A stretch of 53,926 nt of DNA from an uncultured Verrucomicrobiota bacterium (GCA_964413865.1 CAYPUR010000003.1:1-53926); one strand, 5' to 3'. Shown: positions 26,081-35,842, numbered from the stretch's first letter. Numbers and translations are program-made. Notes: a model not told the origin generated them from the letters alone.

Positions 26081-27817
26081 ATGGGACTTGGGACAGAGAC
26101 AGCGCAGACGGAGCGCCGGGCGATCGCTGGCCGGCAGGGGCGCGGCCCGATGCCGTCGCGGCGTCCCCGCGTGTGGCGGTTGGCGTGGCGAACCGCGGGC
26201 GCGGTTGGCGCGGGTCTGCTCCTGTTTGGCGGGGTCTGCTTGTACGGCTGGCGGTTCGGCTTCACTCCACTGCCTGAACCGGTGCCGGGAGGCGCGTGGA
26301 CGCCGCTTCGGCCGGCCCAGCCCGCCGAATTGACGCGCAGCGGCTATTGGTACTGGGTGGACGAGTTCAACCGGGGGACCGTCGTCAACCGCAGAAGCGA
26401 CATCATCCACGGCTGGACGCTCTTCGACTGGGCTCAAACCGGCCATTTGACGGAGACCAACCGCGCCGGGCTTGCCGCGTTCTTTGGAGGCAACCCGGCG
26501 CTCGAGGCCTGTTTCCGCGGCGCGTTGGCCGCGGGAAAAACGGACGCTAACCTGTGGGAACGCCGGCGTGTGGGCCGCGACCTGGCCGGACACACCCGGC
26601 TTGTCAACCACGCCGCCTGGAAGGCCCTCGAAGCCGAGCAAGCGGGGCGGACCGCCGCGGCGCTCGGGCGCCTGCTCGAGGGCTGGCAAGTGTGCGCGAA
26701 CTCCGGCGCCGAAGGCTTGACGCGGCCCGAGTTGGGAACGCTCGCGGGGGCGTGGCGCCGACTGGCGCTCGAAGGTCCGGGGCTCGATCCATCCGAGGGG
26801 CTGCAACTGATCGCAGGACTGGCGGCCGTGCGGGAGGCGCTCCCCCGGATCGATGTCGAGTTCCTGCGCGCCGTGCATTCCAGGCAGGAGGTGTTCGGGC
26901 GTGCGGCCTCTGAGGGTCTGCTGCCGCGCGCGGCCGGACGCCGGTTCTGGGCGGCATTCAGCCGGATGACAGGAGAGACGCTGGAGATCCTGGGGAACCT
27001 TGCCAGCCGGATCATGGGGGGGAGCCGCAACATTCCCGCCAACGACGGGCGCGGCATCCGCCACCTGGCCGAACCGTGCGGCGAATTGCTCCGGCACATG
27101 CAGATGCGGGTCGGACGCCCGGCGGATCTCGACCAGGTCCGCGACGCCTATGTCAGCCGGGTCCTGGCGGCCTTGCGTGGGGCGGCGGACGATGAGGCGA
27201 TGGAACAGGCCGCGGCCCTGCAAAGCGCGTTCGCGGCCCGTTCGTTTCCGAGCCGCTTTTTCGACCGCCCGGCGGCGTGGCGTTCGATCGCGGAGTTTCC
27301 CCCGGTGCGTCCGCTGGTCGAGGAGGCGCGCGCGGCCCGGACAACGCTCGAATCGTGTCGCCTGGTGCTCGCCTTGCGGCTCTACCGCGATCGTCACGGC
27401 GAGTGGCCGGAGCGCATCGAGGCGCTGGCGCCGGAATGGCTGCCGGAGATACCCAACGATCCGTTCACGGGGGAATCGTTCGCGTATCAGCGCGAAGGGA
27501 ACGGCTGGCTGGTCCGGGCGGTCCACCCGGACGCGCGGGCGCCGGAACCGGCCGAGGACGGCATCTTGTTCCATTCCGCCGAGCCGGCGGAGGCTCGTCT
27601 GCTGCGTCTAATCACGGGCCAGGGCACGCGGATCACGGGCGTCATGGACGTGCAAATGCTCCAGCGCTACGGGCTGGTGCCCAAGGGCCTGTCGGGGTTT
27701 CTCAGCCAAGTTCGCACAAACCAGCCCCTCGCCCAGGCCCTCTCGGCTGTCATCCCGGCCGTGTCCGATCTGCGCGCGCTGATCCGCCTCCAGGATACCA
27801 GGGGCGCATCGCGCTAG
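26081..27817 (+). CDS. Membrane-anchored hypothetical protein
   Basis: Long ORF with an N-terminal TM helix (AGAVGAGLLLFGGVCLYGW) and non-shadow composition. The opposite-strand ORF 26012-27574 is R/P-rich. The start is uncertain (GTG 26063, ATG 26081 or 26150). Confidence 0.6.
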   Translation: MGLGTETAQTERRAIAGRQGRGPMPSRRPRVWRLAWRTAGAVGAGLLLFGGVCLYGWRFGFTPLPEPVPGGAWTPLRPAQPAELTRSGYWYWVDEFNRGTVVNRRSDIIHGWTLFDWAQTGHLTETNRAGLAAFFGGNPALEACFRGALAAGKTDANLWERRRVGRDLAGHTRLVNHAAWKALEAEQAGRTAAALGRLLEGWQVCANSGAEGLTRPELGTLAGAWRRLALEGPGLDPSEGLQLIAGLAAVREALPRIDVEFLRAVHSRQEVFGRAASEGLLPRAAGRRFWAAFSRMTGETLEILGNLASRIMGGSRNIPANDGRGIRHLAEPCGELLRHMQMRVGRPADLDQVRDAYVSRVLAALRGAADDEAMEQAAALQSAFAARSFPSRFFDRPAAWRSIAEFPPVRPLVEEARAARTTLESCRLVLALRLYRDRHGEWPERIEALAPEWLPEIPNDPFTGESFAYQREGNGWLVRAVHPDARAPEPAEDGILFHSAEPAEARLLRLITGQGTRITGVMDVQMLQRYGLVPKGLSGFLSQVRTNQPLAQALSAVIPAVSDLRALIRLQDTRGASR

Positions 27818-27926
27818 CCCGGATTCCTCACCACTTTTTGCCCCAGCCCGGATTTCGTTGTCATCTTCCCGGTGATGAGAAATCCGGGCTAATGCGCCTT
27901 GCTGCCAGCGAGCCATCCGGGCTAGG
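27814..27926. repeat. Repeat family B: nested double palindrome
   Basis: Outer arms are ctagcccggat (27814-27824) and atccgggctag (27915-27925). Inner arms are agcccggatttc and gaaatccgggct (about 27845-27890). The inner ~54 bp recurs inverted at 53871-53926. Confidence 0.8.
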
Positions 27927-27934
27927 CTGCCCCG

Positions 27935-28642
27935 ATGCGCAATCCGATCATTGCGGCCCTTGACGTGCCGACTGCGGAGCGGGCGTTGGCTCTGGCGGAG
28001 CAGTTGGCTCCTGTGGTTGGCGCGTTGAAGGTCGGCAAGGAGCTTTTCACGAGCGAAGGGCCAGGGCTGGTCCGTCGACTGCGCGCAACAGGCGCAGCCG
28101 TGTTTCTCGACCTGAAGTTCCATGACATCCCAAACACCGTGGCCAGGGCCGTCGAGGCAGCGGTCCGGTGCGGCGTCCAGATGCTGACCATCCACACCAG
28201 CGGCGGCACGGCCATGATGCGGGCGGCGGAGCAGGCGGCTCGGACGACGGCCGACGCCCTCGGAGGCGAGGCGCCGCTCGTGCTCGGGGTGACTGTGCTG
28301 ACCAGCCTTGACGATGCGGCTCTCGAGGAGTTGGGAATCGGGGGAGGAACGGCCGGGCAGGTCGGGCGCCTGGCCCGGTTGGCGGTGAACTCCGGTCTGC
28401 GCGGGTTGGTCTGTTCGCCGCTCGAGCTGCGGATGTTGCGAGCCGCACTCCCGAACCACGTGCAACTGGTCACGCCCGGCATCCGCCCGGCGGGCGCCGG
28501 TCACGACGATCAGAAGCGGACGATGACTCCCCAGGAAGCCCTCAAGGCAGGCGCGAACTGGCTGGTCATCGGACGCCCGATCTGCGCCGCGCCCGATCCG
28601 CGCGCGGCGGCCGAGCGCATTCTCGCGGGCCTGGCACACTAG
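27935..28642 (+). CDS. pyrF: Orotidine-5'-phosphate decarboxylase
   Basis: Motifs IIAALDVP, LKVGKELF, FLDLKFHDIPNTV and LVIGRPI. Confidence 0.9.
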   Translation: MRNPIIAALDVPTAERALALAEQLAPVVGALKVGKELFTSEGPGLVRRLRATGAAVFLDLKFHDIPNTVARAVEAAVRCGVQMLTIHTSGGTAMMRAAEQAARTTADALGGEAPLVLGVTVLTSLDDAALEELGIGGGTAGQVGRLARLAVNSGLRGLVCSPLELRMLRAALPNHVQLVTPGIRPAGAGHDDQKRTMTPQEALKAGANWLVIGRPICAAPDPRAAAERILAGLAH

Positions 28643-28803
28643 CCCGCATAGCAGTCACCTTTGCGAAGTCTGACCGCGATGTGCACAGTCGGGGTGTGAA
28701 ATAAGCGGGCTAGGCGGCCGGTCTTTTGCGTTGCTAGGGCGGGATGTCTTTCTCTACCTTCGCCCCAGCAAGTTTCCTGCTGCTTCAGCTTCGATGAGAC
28801 GCT

Positions 28804-30441
28804 ATGAAACCGCGAAGACAAACCGCCTCGACGCGAATGGCGAGGGCTCAAAAGGCCTCGAGGGCAGCCAAGAACCGGCCGGCCACGGCCAGTCGGCCCG
28901 CGCGGCGCGATCGGCCTCGGGCGGTTTTGACGAAGCCCAAAGGCCCCGTCGAGGCCGTGCGGCCCACACCAGCCGCGAAGAAGAGAGCGCCAAAGAAGAC
29001 AGTCAAGACAGTCCTCAAGCAGCCGCCGGTGAAGAAGGCGGCCGCAAAGAAGACAGCCGGCGCGGCGCCAAACCGGCCCCGAACTGTTGCGGCGAAACCG
29101 AAACGCGCGGTCAGGACGGTGCGGCCCAAGACCACCGTGCGGAGGGTCACCCGTGCAGCACAACCGAAGGAGGCGGCTGCGCCGGTTGTCGGACCGGCGG
29201 GTCCTGCGACAAAGGCAAGCGGCCCGATGCCGAGGCCGTGGCGCATCCCGCCGATCCTGCTTGAAGGCGACGAGATGCCGGCGCCGCTCATCAGCGGTCC
29301 CGGACGCCGTTTCGCGCTGGGACCAACGCCGCCGATGCCGCCATCGCCGGCATTGGCGCTGGGGGCCGATGCGGGGCGGCTTCCTGCTGCGTATGGGACG
29401 CGGCGGCTGTGGCTGGCGGCGCGCGATCCCCAATGGCTTTATGCCAATTGGGATCTCAGTTCCGAGGAGATGCAGGAACGCGAAGGACGCGCGGTGTCGG
29501 GGCACCTGACCCTGCGCATCCACGAGAACGCGGTGGGCCCTGCGCCGGTGCTCGAGATTCCGCTGGCACGAGGTGTGCGCTCCTGGTTTGTGCGCGTCGG
29601 GCGGGGCGGAGTGGAGTACATCGCGGAACTGGGGTGTGCGGAGCCTGGTCTTGGCTGGCAAACCGTCCTCACATCGAACCCCGTCACGGCTCCACCCGAC
29701 GGCCCCGCGACGGCGGCCGAGACGGAGTTTGCGACGATCCCGATCGATGTTCCGTTCGCGGCGGTCGTCGAGCAGGCGGCCGAGGCTGCGCGCCAGGAGG
29801 AGTCGCTGGCGCAGGCTCTGGACGCGTTGCGGGACCAGGGCTTTGCCGATCTTCCGAGCGCCAAGGAGGTGCGCGCGCCCGTCTGGACCGAGGCCCAGGA
29901 ACGGGCTCTGGCGGAAGTCCTGCGCGTGGATGCGCAGCGGCGCGTCTGGGTGAGTTCTCTCGACGTGACCGGCCTGATCGCGGAGCGGTTGGGTCCGGCG
30001 GCTGAGAAGGAGCGCGGCGGCGAGATCGAGCGGCCAAGTTCCCCGGCCGGGGGCTTCGCGGCGGGCGAGGCGGGCGGGATTTCGAGTCCGTCCGGCGAAG
30101 GGCGTGCCATCGAGCGGGAGCGGGGTTTCTGGTTCAACGTGAATGCGGAGCTGGTTGTTTACGGAGCCACCGAGCCCGATGCGCAGGTCACGATTGCGGG
30201 CCGGGCGATCAAGCTGCGGCCCGACGGCAGTTTCAGCCTGCGGTTCGCCTTGCCGGACGGCGAGTATGAGCTGCCGGTGGTGGCGCGGTCGGGATCTGGC
30301 GATGATGGGCGGAGCGCGAAGCTGCAGTTCCGGCGCCACACCGAGTACCGCGGGGCCGTCGGGGCCCATCCGCGGGATCCCCGGCTGGCTCCTCCGCATC
30401 CCGAGAGCATCGCGTCGGCCGGGACGCGTCAGCCCGGCTGA
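28804..30441 (+). CDS. DUF4912-like protein with a lysine/alanine/proline-rich basic N-terminal region
   Basis: The basic low-complexity first ~150 aa are followed by YGTRRLWLAARDPQWLYANWDLS, which I recall as typical of DUF4912. It sits immediately upstream of a GH57 gene, the usual partner. Confidence 0.65.
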   Translation: MKPRRQTASTRMARAQKASRAAKNRPATASRPARRDRPRAVLTKPKGPVEAVRPTPAAKKRAPKKTVKTVLKQPPVKKAAAKKTAGAAPNRPRTVAAKPKRAVRTVRPKTTVRRVTRAAQPKEAAAPVVGPAGPATKASGPMPRPWRIPPILLEGDEMPAPLISGPGRRFALGPTPPMPPSPALALGADAGRLPAAYGTRRLWLAARDPQWLYANWDLSSEEMQEREGRAVSGHLTLRIHENAVGPAPVLEIPLARGVRSWFVRVGRGGVEYIAELGCAEPGLGWQTVLTSNPVTAPPDGPATAAETEFATIPIDVPFAAVVEQAAEAARQEESLAQALDALRDQGFADLPSAKEVRAPVWTEAQERALAEVLRVDAQRRVWVSSLDVTGLIAERLGPAAEKERGGEIERPSSPAGGFAAGEAGGISSPSGEGRAIERERGFWFNVNAELVVYGATEPDAQVTIAGRAIKLRPDGSFSLRFALPDGEYELPVVARSGSGDDGRSAKLQFRRHTEYRGAVGAHPRDPRLAPPHPESIASAGTRQPG

Positions 30442-30461
30442 CCGCTGGCCGCTATCTCACT

Positions 30462-32036
30462 ATGCCTGGCTATCTCGCGCTCATCCTGCACGCCCATCTG
30501 CCGTTCGTCCGGCATCCGGAGCACGAACGCTTTCTCGAAGAGAGCTGGCTGCACGAGGCGATCACCGAGACCTACCTGCCGCTGGCGGATCTGATCGAGC
30601 GCTGGCGCGAGGACCGGCTCAACGTGCGCCTGACGCTGACGCTGACGCCGACGCTCTGTTCGATGCTGAGCGATCCGCTGCTGCAATCCCGGTACGAACG
30701 GCGGTTGTCGGCGCTGATCGAGCTGGCCGAGAAGGAAGTCCATCGGACGTGCTGGGACGCCGGGTGTCGTCCTTTGGCCGAGGCCTATGTCGATCGGTTC
30801 ACCCGCCTGCGAGCCCAGTGGCACGCATGCGACCGGAATCTGCTCGGGGTGTTTCGCGCGCTGCAGAACCAGAATCGCATCGAGATCGTCACCAGCGCGG
30901 CGACGCATGCCGTGCTGCCCCTGCTCAGGGATCAACCCGCGGCGATGCGCGGACAGATCCTCACGGCCAGGGATCACTATCGAGCCTGTTTCGGACGCGA
31001 TGCGGTCGGATTCTGGCTGCCGGAATGCGCTTATGCGCCGGGGGTCGAGGGGTTTTTGCGGGAGGCGAACCTGCGGTGGTTTGTGGTCGACACCCATGGG
31101 CTGACGAATGCCACGCCGCGTCCGCGCTACGGCACCTATGCTCCGGTGTTCACCCCGGAGGGGCTCGCCGTTTTTGGGCGCGACATCGAGTCGGCGCGCC
31201 AGGTCTGGAGCCGCAATGAGGGCTACCCGGGCGACCCGCGGTATCGCGATTTCTATCGCGACATCGGTTTCGATCTCGATTTCGACTATGTGCGGCCTTA
31301 CCTGCCTTCGCCGGATCATCGCGGTTTCACCGGGATCAAGTATCAGAGCATCACGGGAGGGAAAGGCGGGAAACGCTGCTACAGTCCAGCCGATGCCCAG
31401 CGGGCCGTGACCGCCCAAGCCGCCCACTTCCTCGAAGCGCGCGGGCGTCAACTGGCGCGTCTGGCGGAGGTCATGGAACAGCCGCCGATTCTGACGGCCC
31501 CCTACGATGCCGAGTTGTTTGGGCACTGGTGGCACGAGGGTCTGGCGTTTCTCGATGCCGTGGTGCGAGGCGCATCGGACCGGGGCTCGGACTTCACGTT
31601 TGTGACGCCGACGGATTACTTGCGTCGGCACGCGACCCATCAGGTGACGCGTCCGAGCCCCTCGACCTGGGGCGAGGGAGGCCACTTGCGCGTCTGGCTG
31701 AACGAGAAGAACGAGTGGATCCAGCCCCATTTGCGCGTCGCGGAGCAGCGACTGACCGCCCTGGTCCGGCGCTATCCCGAGCCGGGCGAATTGGTGGACC
31801 GCGCCTTGCGGCAGGCGGCCCGCGAGCTGGTGCTGGCGCAGGCGAGCGATTGGCCCTTCATTTTGCACGCGGGCACCAGCCCGGACTACGCGCAGCGGCG
31901 CGTGACCGCGCATCTGGGTCGGTTTCAGGATCTGTATGACATGCTGATGGCGGGGGCCATCAACGAAGCCGGCTTGAGGGAGATGGAGTCGGTTGACAAC
32001 CTCTTTCCTAATCTTGACTGGCGGTCCTGGCGGTGA
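30462..32036 (+). CDS. GH57-family 1,4-alpha-glucan branching enzyme-like protein
   Basis: The N-terminus MPGYLALILHAHLPFVRHPE ... and the length (524 aa) match GH57/DUF1957 enzymes. Confidence 0.8.
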   Translation: MPGYLALILHAHLPFVRHPEHERFLEESWLHEAITETYLPLADLIERWREDRLNVRLTLTLTPTLCSMLSDPLLQSRYERRLSALIELAEKEVHRTCWDAGCRPLAEAYVDRFTRLRAQWHACDRNLLGVFRALQNQNRIEIVTSAATHAVLPLLRDQPAAMRGQILTARDHYRACFGRDAVGFWLPECAYAPGVEGFLREANLRWFVVDTHGLTNATPRPRYGTYAPVFTPEGLAVFGRDIESARQVWSRNEGYPGDPRYRDFYRDIGFDLDFDYVRPYLPSPDHRGFTGIKYQSITGGKGGKRCYSPADAQRAVTAQAAHFLEARGRQLARLAEVMEQPPILTAPYDAELFGHWWHEGLAFLDAVVRGASDRGSDFTFVTPTDYLRRHATHQVTRPSPSTWGEGGHLRVWLNEKNEWIQPHLRVAEQRLTALVRRYPEPGELVDRALRQAARELVLAQASDWPFILHAGTSPDYAQRRVTAHLGRFQDLYDMLMAGAINEAGLREMESVDNLFPNLDWRSWR

Positions 32037-32157
32037 GACGGAGCCCGGCGGGCGCAGAGGGCGCGCAGGCTTCGCCGCCGGTGAAACATTTTGACCACAG
32101 TCGCGTGGCCGATTAATGATACTCAGACAACGAACGGGCGAATAAAGGCGTAATCGG

Positions 32158-32895
32158 ATGAATCTGGCGTGGATGGTTTTTGCGAAATCGGAAGTCAATC
32201 TGGCGTATGTCTGGGAGAAGGCGTCGATCGAGGCTCGGATCATCATCATCATCTTGTTGATCTTCTCGATCTTCGCCTGGTCCATCATGGCGACCAAGGC
32301 GGTCGAAATGCGCCGTGCCCGGCGGCTGAATCAGTATTTCGACGCCGAGTTCCAGGCGCAGAAGACGGTCTTCGCCATCTATGATCGGCGCGTTCAGGTG
32401 GATGGATGTCCGCTCTTTTCCGTCTATCAGGCGGGATGTCAGGAGTTGGACGCGCGCCTGCGGGGCGCCGAGGGGACGCCCCGGGGAGAGCACATCTCGC
32501 TGACGTCGATGGAACATATCAAGCGGACGCTCGAACGCTCGGTGGCGCAGCAGGCACTGCGGCTTGAATCGGGCTTGATTCTGCTGGCGATCGCGGTCAG
32601 CGGCTCGCCGTTCATGGGCCTGCTGGGGACGGTGTGGGGGGTGATGGGCGCCTTTGGCGGCATTGCGCAGGCCGCGGCCACGGGCGGCGATGCCGGCCTG
32701 ACGGCGATGGCGCCGGGCGTTGCAGGGGCGCTGATAACGACTGTCGCGGGCTTGCTCGTTGCGATCCCGTCGATGTTCGGCTATAACTGGCTCGTGCACA
32801 ATCTGAGGGTCCTGACCGTCGAATTAGACAACTTTGCGCAGCAGTTGGTGTCGAACATGGAGATCGAATACCTGAGTGACAATGACCTCCGATGA
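32158..32895 (+). CDS. tolQ: MotA/TolQ/ExbB proton-channel protein
   Basis: Motif GLLGTVWGVMGAFGGIA plus three TM helices. The tolR, tolB and pal genes lie downstream. Confidence 0.85.
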   Translation: MNLAWMVFAKSEVNLAYVWEKASIEARIIIIILLIFSIFAWSIMATKAVEMRRARRLNQYFDAEFQAQKTVFAIYDRRVQVDGCPLFSVYQAGCQELDARLRGAEGTPRGEHISLTSMEHIKRTLERSVAQQALRLESGLILLAIAVSGSPFMGLLGTVWGVMGAFGGIAQAAATGGDAGLTAMAPGVAGALITTVAGLLVAIPSMFGYNWLVHNLRVLTVELDNFAQQLVSNMEIEYLSDNDLR

Positions 32896-33250
32896 ATCCA
32901 GCGATCTGACGCAGCAGACGATTGACCCCGGCAAGAACCAGCCGGGCGTGCTCTGCGGTCATTGCGACCACGTCAATCACGGGGGGCGCACCGAATGTGA
33001 AGTCTGCGGTTCGCAGCTCTACGTCAAGTGCGCGCAGTGCGGGGTGCAAGCCCCGCGCGTCTACACCCGCTGCCCCAAGTGCCGGCATCGGCTCAAGGGC
33101 CACATCGCCCTATCAAGACGGTCCAGGGACAAGCTGCGGCGCGTGCCCTCTTCGTCGGACAAAGCGAACCGACAGCTCATCTGGGCGGCTGCGCTGGTGG
33201 TGGTGCTGATCGTCATCGCAACGTTCTTTGTGATGCGTTACAAGGGGTGA
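32882..33250 (+). CDS. Double zinc-ribbon protein with C-terminal TM anchor
   Basis: CGHCDHV..CEVCG and CAQCG..CPKCRHRL give four CxxC pairs. The C-terminal helix is LIWAAALVVVLIVIATFFV. ATG 32882 overlaps the tolQ end by 14 nt. Confidence 0.6.
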   Translation: MTSDESSDLTQQTIDPGKNQPGVLCGHCDHVNHGGRTECEVCGSQLYVKCAQCGVQAPRVYTRCPKCRHRLKGHIALSRRSRDKLRRVPSSSDKANRQLIWAAALVVVLIVIATFFVMRYKG

Positions 33251-33271
33251 GGATGTCTGGAGGCGCGTGAC

Positions 33272-33697
33272 ATGCGGCGGTTTTCCCAACGCAATACGTT
33301 GGTGACGCTGAGCGACATCAACATCACGCCGTTGCTCGACCTCGCGTTCGTGCTCCTGATCATCTTCATGATCACCACCCCCCTGCTCGTCCAGGAGCAC
33401 AGCATGGACATCCGACTGCCCGACGGCGGGGGCTCGAGCGTCCGCGTGGAGCGGAAGGATCTCAGGACGGTGGAGATCAGCCGGGACGGGCGCTACATGC
33501 TCGACAGGCGGGAGATTGCTTTGGACGACATCGAGCGACAGTTGGTGGCCACGTTCGCCACCAATCGCCAGATGGTCGTCAACATCCGGGCCGACGAGGA
33601 AGCCAGGATTAAGCAACTCTATCCCGTCATCGATCGCTGCACGCGCAACGGCATCACGCGGTTGAGCCTGGGCACGGAGGAGGCGGGACGACCATGA
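33272..33697 (+). CDS. tolR: ExbD/TolR biopolymer transport protein
   Basis: The N-terminal segment INITPLLDLAFVLLIIFMIT is typical of this family. Confidence 0.85.
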   Translation: MRRFSQRNTLVTLSDINITPLLDLAFVLLIIFMITTPLLVQEHSMDIRLPDGGGSSVRVERKDLRTVEISRDGRYMLDRREIALDDIERQLVATFATNRQMVVNIRADEEARIKQLYPVIDRCTRNGITRLSLGTEEAGRP

Positions 33698-34632
33698 ATC
33701 GACTGCGATACCAGTGCTTCTGCGCGTCGACGGCCTTGCACGGCTTGCTGCTGGTGCTCTTCGTGGCTGGGTCCGGTTTCAAGGCGATGCACCGCGAGCC
33801 GGAATCGGTGGTGCTGCCGCTCCTGGACATCATCTCGATGCGGCTTGTGGACGCGGCCGTGGTCGGGGGCGGCGACCCGAGGGGCGGGGCGGCGCCCGAG
33901 CGCCAGCCTGTGCAGACGCCCCCCTCACGCCCTGACCCCGTGAAACCGGAGCCCGTGGCGCCTCCAAAAGAGAAGGAGACCGCCAAGCCCGCTCCTGTCG
34001 TCAAGAAATCGGAACCCAAGCCGACGAAGGTGGAGACGCAGAAGGCACCCGAGCCGGACCCGAAGGATTTCAGCGAGAAGGCGCCGACCAAGCCGAAACG
34101 CAAGATCGAGGTGAGCAAGAGCCTCGTGACGCGCAGGCCGCAGGATGACGCCGCCGCACGCAAGAGAGCGGCCGAGCGGGCGGAGGCCGAGGCGGAGGCC
34201 GAAGCCGCCCGCCAGGACGAGCGCGCCCGCCAGGCCCGCAGCGGACAGGTCAGGGGCGCTCTCTCCAAGCTGCAGGGCAATCTCTCCGATCGCAGCGTGG
34301 TTGCGGTTCCGTATGGTCCGGGGGGCGGGGGCGAGACATACGCGGGCTACGGGCTGTACGTCCGCATGGTTTACGAGCGCGCCTGGCGTCCGCCGGTGGG
34401 GGTGCCCGAGCGCAGCAGCGTGGTGACGGCCCGCATCGTGATCGCCCGTGACGGGAGCGTGGTGTCCGCCGAGATTGTGGAACGGTCCAAGGTGCCGGCG
34501 CTGGACCAATCGGTGACGTCCGTGCTGGGTCGGGTGACGACGATCGGGGAGCCATTCCCCGAGGGCTCGAAAGACGAGCGAAAGACCTTTCTGATCGAGT
34601 TTGATTGGAAGGCAAGACAAGGCATGGGATGA
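33694..34632 (+). CDS. TolA/TonB-like energy transducer
   Basis: N-terminal TM helix, a P/K/E-rich linker plus an AEAEAEAEA coil, and a TonB-C-like C-terminal domain. It has ATGA overlaps with both neighbours. Confidence 0.7.
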   Translation: MNRLRYQCFCASTALHGLLLVLFVAGSGFKAMHREPESVVLPLLDIISMRLVDAAVVGGGDPRGGAAPERQPVQTPPSRPDPVKPEPVAPPKEKETAKPAPVVKKSEPKPTKVETQKAPEPDPKDFSEKAPTKPKRKIEVSKSLVTRRPQDDAAARKRAAERAEAEAEAEAARQDERARQARSGQVRGALSKLQGNLSDRSVVAVPYGPGGGGETYAGYGLYVRMVYERAWRPPVGVPERSSVVTARIVIARDGSVVSAEIVERSKVPALDQSVTSVLGRVTTIGEPFPEGSKDERKTFLIEFDWKARQGMG

Positions 34633-35816
34633 GCAAAAGCATATACTCCTTAGGGTTTGCGTTGGTGCTGGCCGGATGCTGCGCCGGGGTCGGGACTCGG
34701 GCTGGCGAGGCCGAGCGGATCCGGATTTCCGCGGAGGCGTGGTCGACCACGCCGCCCATTCCGATTGCGATGAACGGGTACTCGGGCGAAGTCGATCGTG
34801 TGCTGCGGTTCGATCTGGAGATTGCGGGCTTCAAGTTCGTCGGCGAGAGCGATTCGAGCTGCCAGTACGTCCTGAAGGGCGGCAACTCGGGCCAGGTTGA
34901 AGGGCGGCTCACGGACGCCTTGAAACGGGCGACGTTGTTTGCCAAGGCCTACAGTGGAGGCAGCGTGCGCAGTCAGGCGCACGCCCTGGCGGATGATGTG
35001 GTGCTTGCCGTGACGGGCAAGCCGGGCATCGCCCGCACGAAGATCGCCTTCAAAGTCAGCCACGGCCAGACCAGCGAGATCTACGTGGCGGACTACGACG
35101 GCCACGGCGCGGTGGCGGCCACCCAGGACAAGAGCATCGCGGCGGCGCCGACCTGGCGTCCGGGCCACCGCATGCTCGTCTACACCACCTACAAGCTGAA
35201 CAACCCCGACATCGTCTCGCACGACCTGGACTCGCAGGAGCGGCGGGTGGTGGCCCGGTACTCGGGCTCGAACATCAGCCCGGCGGTGTCGCCGGACGGG
35301 CGGCGGGTGGCCATGGTCTTGAGCAAGGCGGGCAGCCCGGATGTGTACGTGGCCAACATCGACGGGACGGGGCTCAAGCAACTGACCCGGACCCGCGAGG
35401 ACGAATCCTCCCCGTGTTGGTCGCCGGATGGGCGGACGATCTGTTTTGCCACGCGCATCGATGGCCGGCGCACGCTGGCGCAGGTGCCCTCGGATGGGGG
35501 CGCGATCCAGCGGATTGCGACCTCGGGGGTTGTGAACCCGACCGAACCGGACTGGTCGCCGGACGGCAAGACCATAGCATTCACGGCGCAGATGGGGGGA
35601 TTCGAGATCTGCCTGGTCAAGGCCGGTGGCGGCGAGGCCAAGCTGTTGACATCGGGCGAGGATCCCTGCTGGGCGGCCAATTCCCGGACACTGGTTTTCA
35701 CCAAGCGCGGCAGTGGGGGAAAGCGGTTCTTATCTTTGCTTGACGTCCCCACCAAACAGTCCAAGGATGTCCTTCAAAATATCGGTATTTCCTCCCAGCC
35801 AAGCTGGGCCAGGTAG
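34629..35816 (+). CDS. tolB: TolB beta-propeller protein
   Basis: Repeated SP(D/C)G..(I/V)AF blades: ISPAVSPDGRRVAM, SPCWSPDGRTICF, EPDWSPDGKTIAF. It has a signal peptide. Confidence 0.85.
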   Translation: MSKSIYSLGFALVLAGCCAGVGTRAGEAERIRISAEAWSTTPPIPIAMNGYSGEVDRVLRFDLEIAGFKFVGESDSSCQYVLKGGNSGQVEGRLTDALKRATLFAKAYSGGSVRSQAHALADDVVLAVTGKPGIARTKIAFKVSHGQTSEIYVADYDGHGAVAATQDKSIAAAPTWRPGHRMLVYTTYKLNNPDIVSHDLDSQERRVVARYSGSNISPAVSPDGRRVAMVLSKAGSPDVYVANIDGTGLKQLTRTREDESSPCWSPDGRTICFATRIDGRRTLAQVPSDGGAIQRIATSGVVNPTEPDWSPDGKTIAFTAQMGGFEICLVKAGGGEAKLLTSGEDPCWAANSRTLVFTKRGSGGKRFLSLLDVPTKQSKDVLQNIGISSQPSWAR

Positions 35817-35842
35817 ACATGATTTGTCGGTCTAACGCATTT

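Noticed and set aside
26012-32297. Long minus-strand ORFs 26012-27574, 27608-28639, 28639-30399 and 30429-32297
   Set aside because: Each is antisense to a plus-strand gene with recognisable family motifs or better composition (the 26081 gene, pyrF, DUF4912-like, GH57). All are R/P/G/H-rich.
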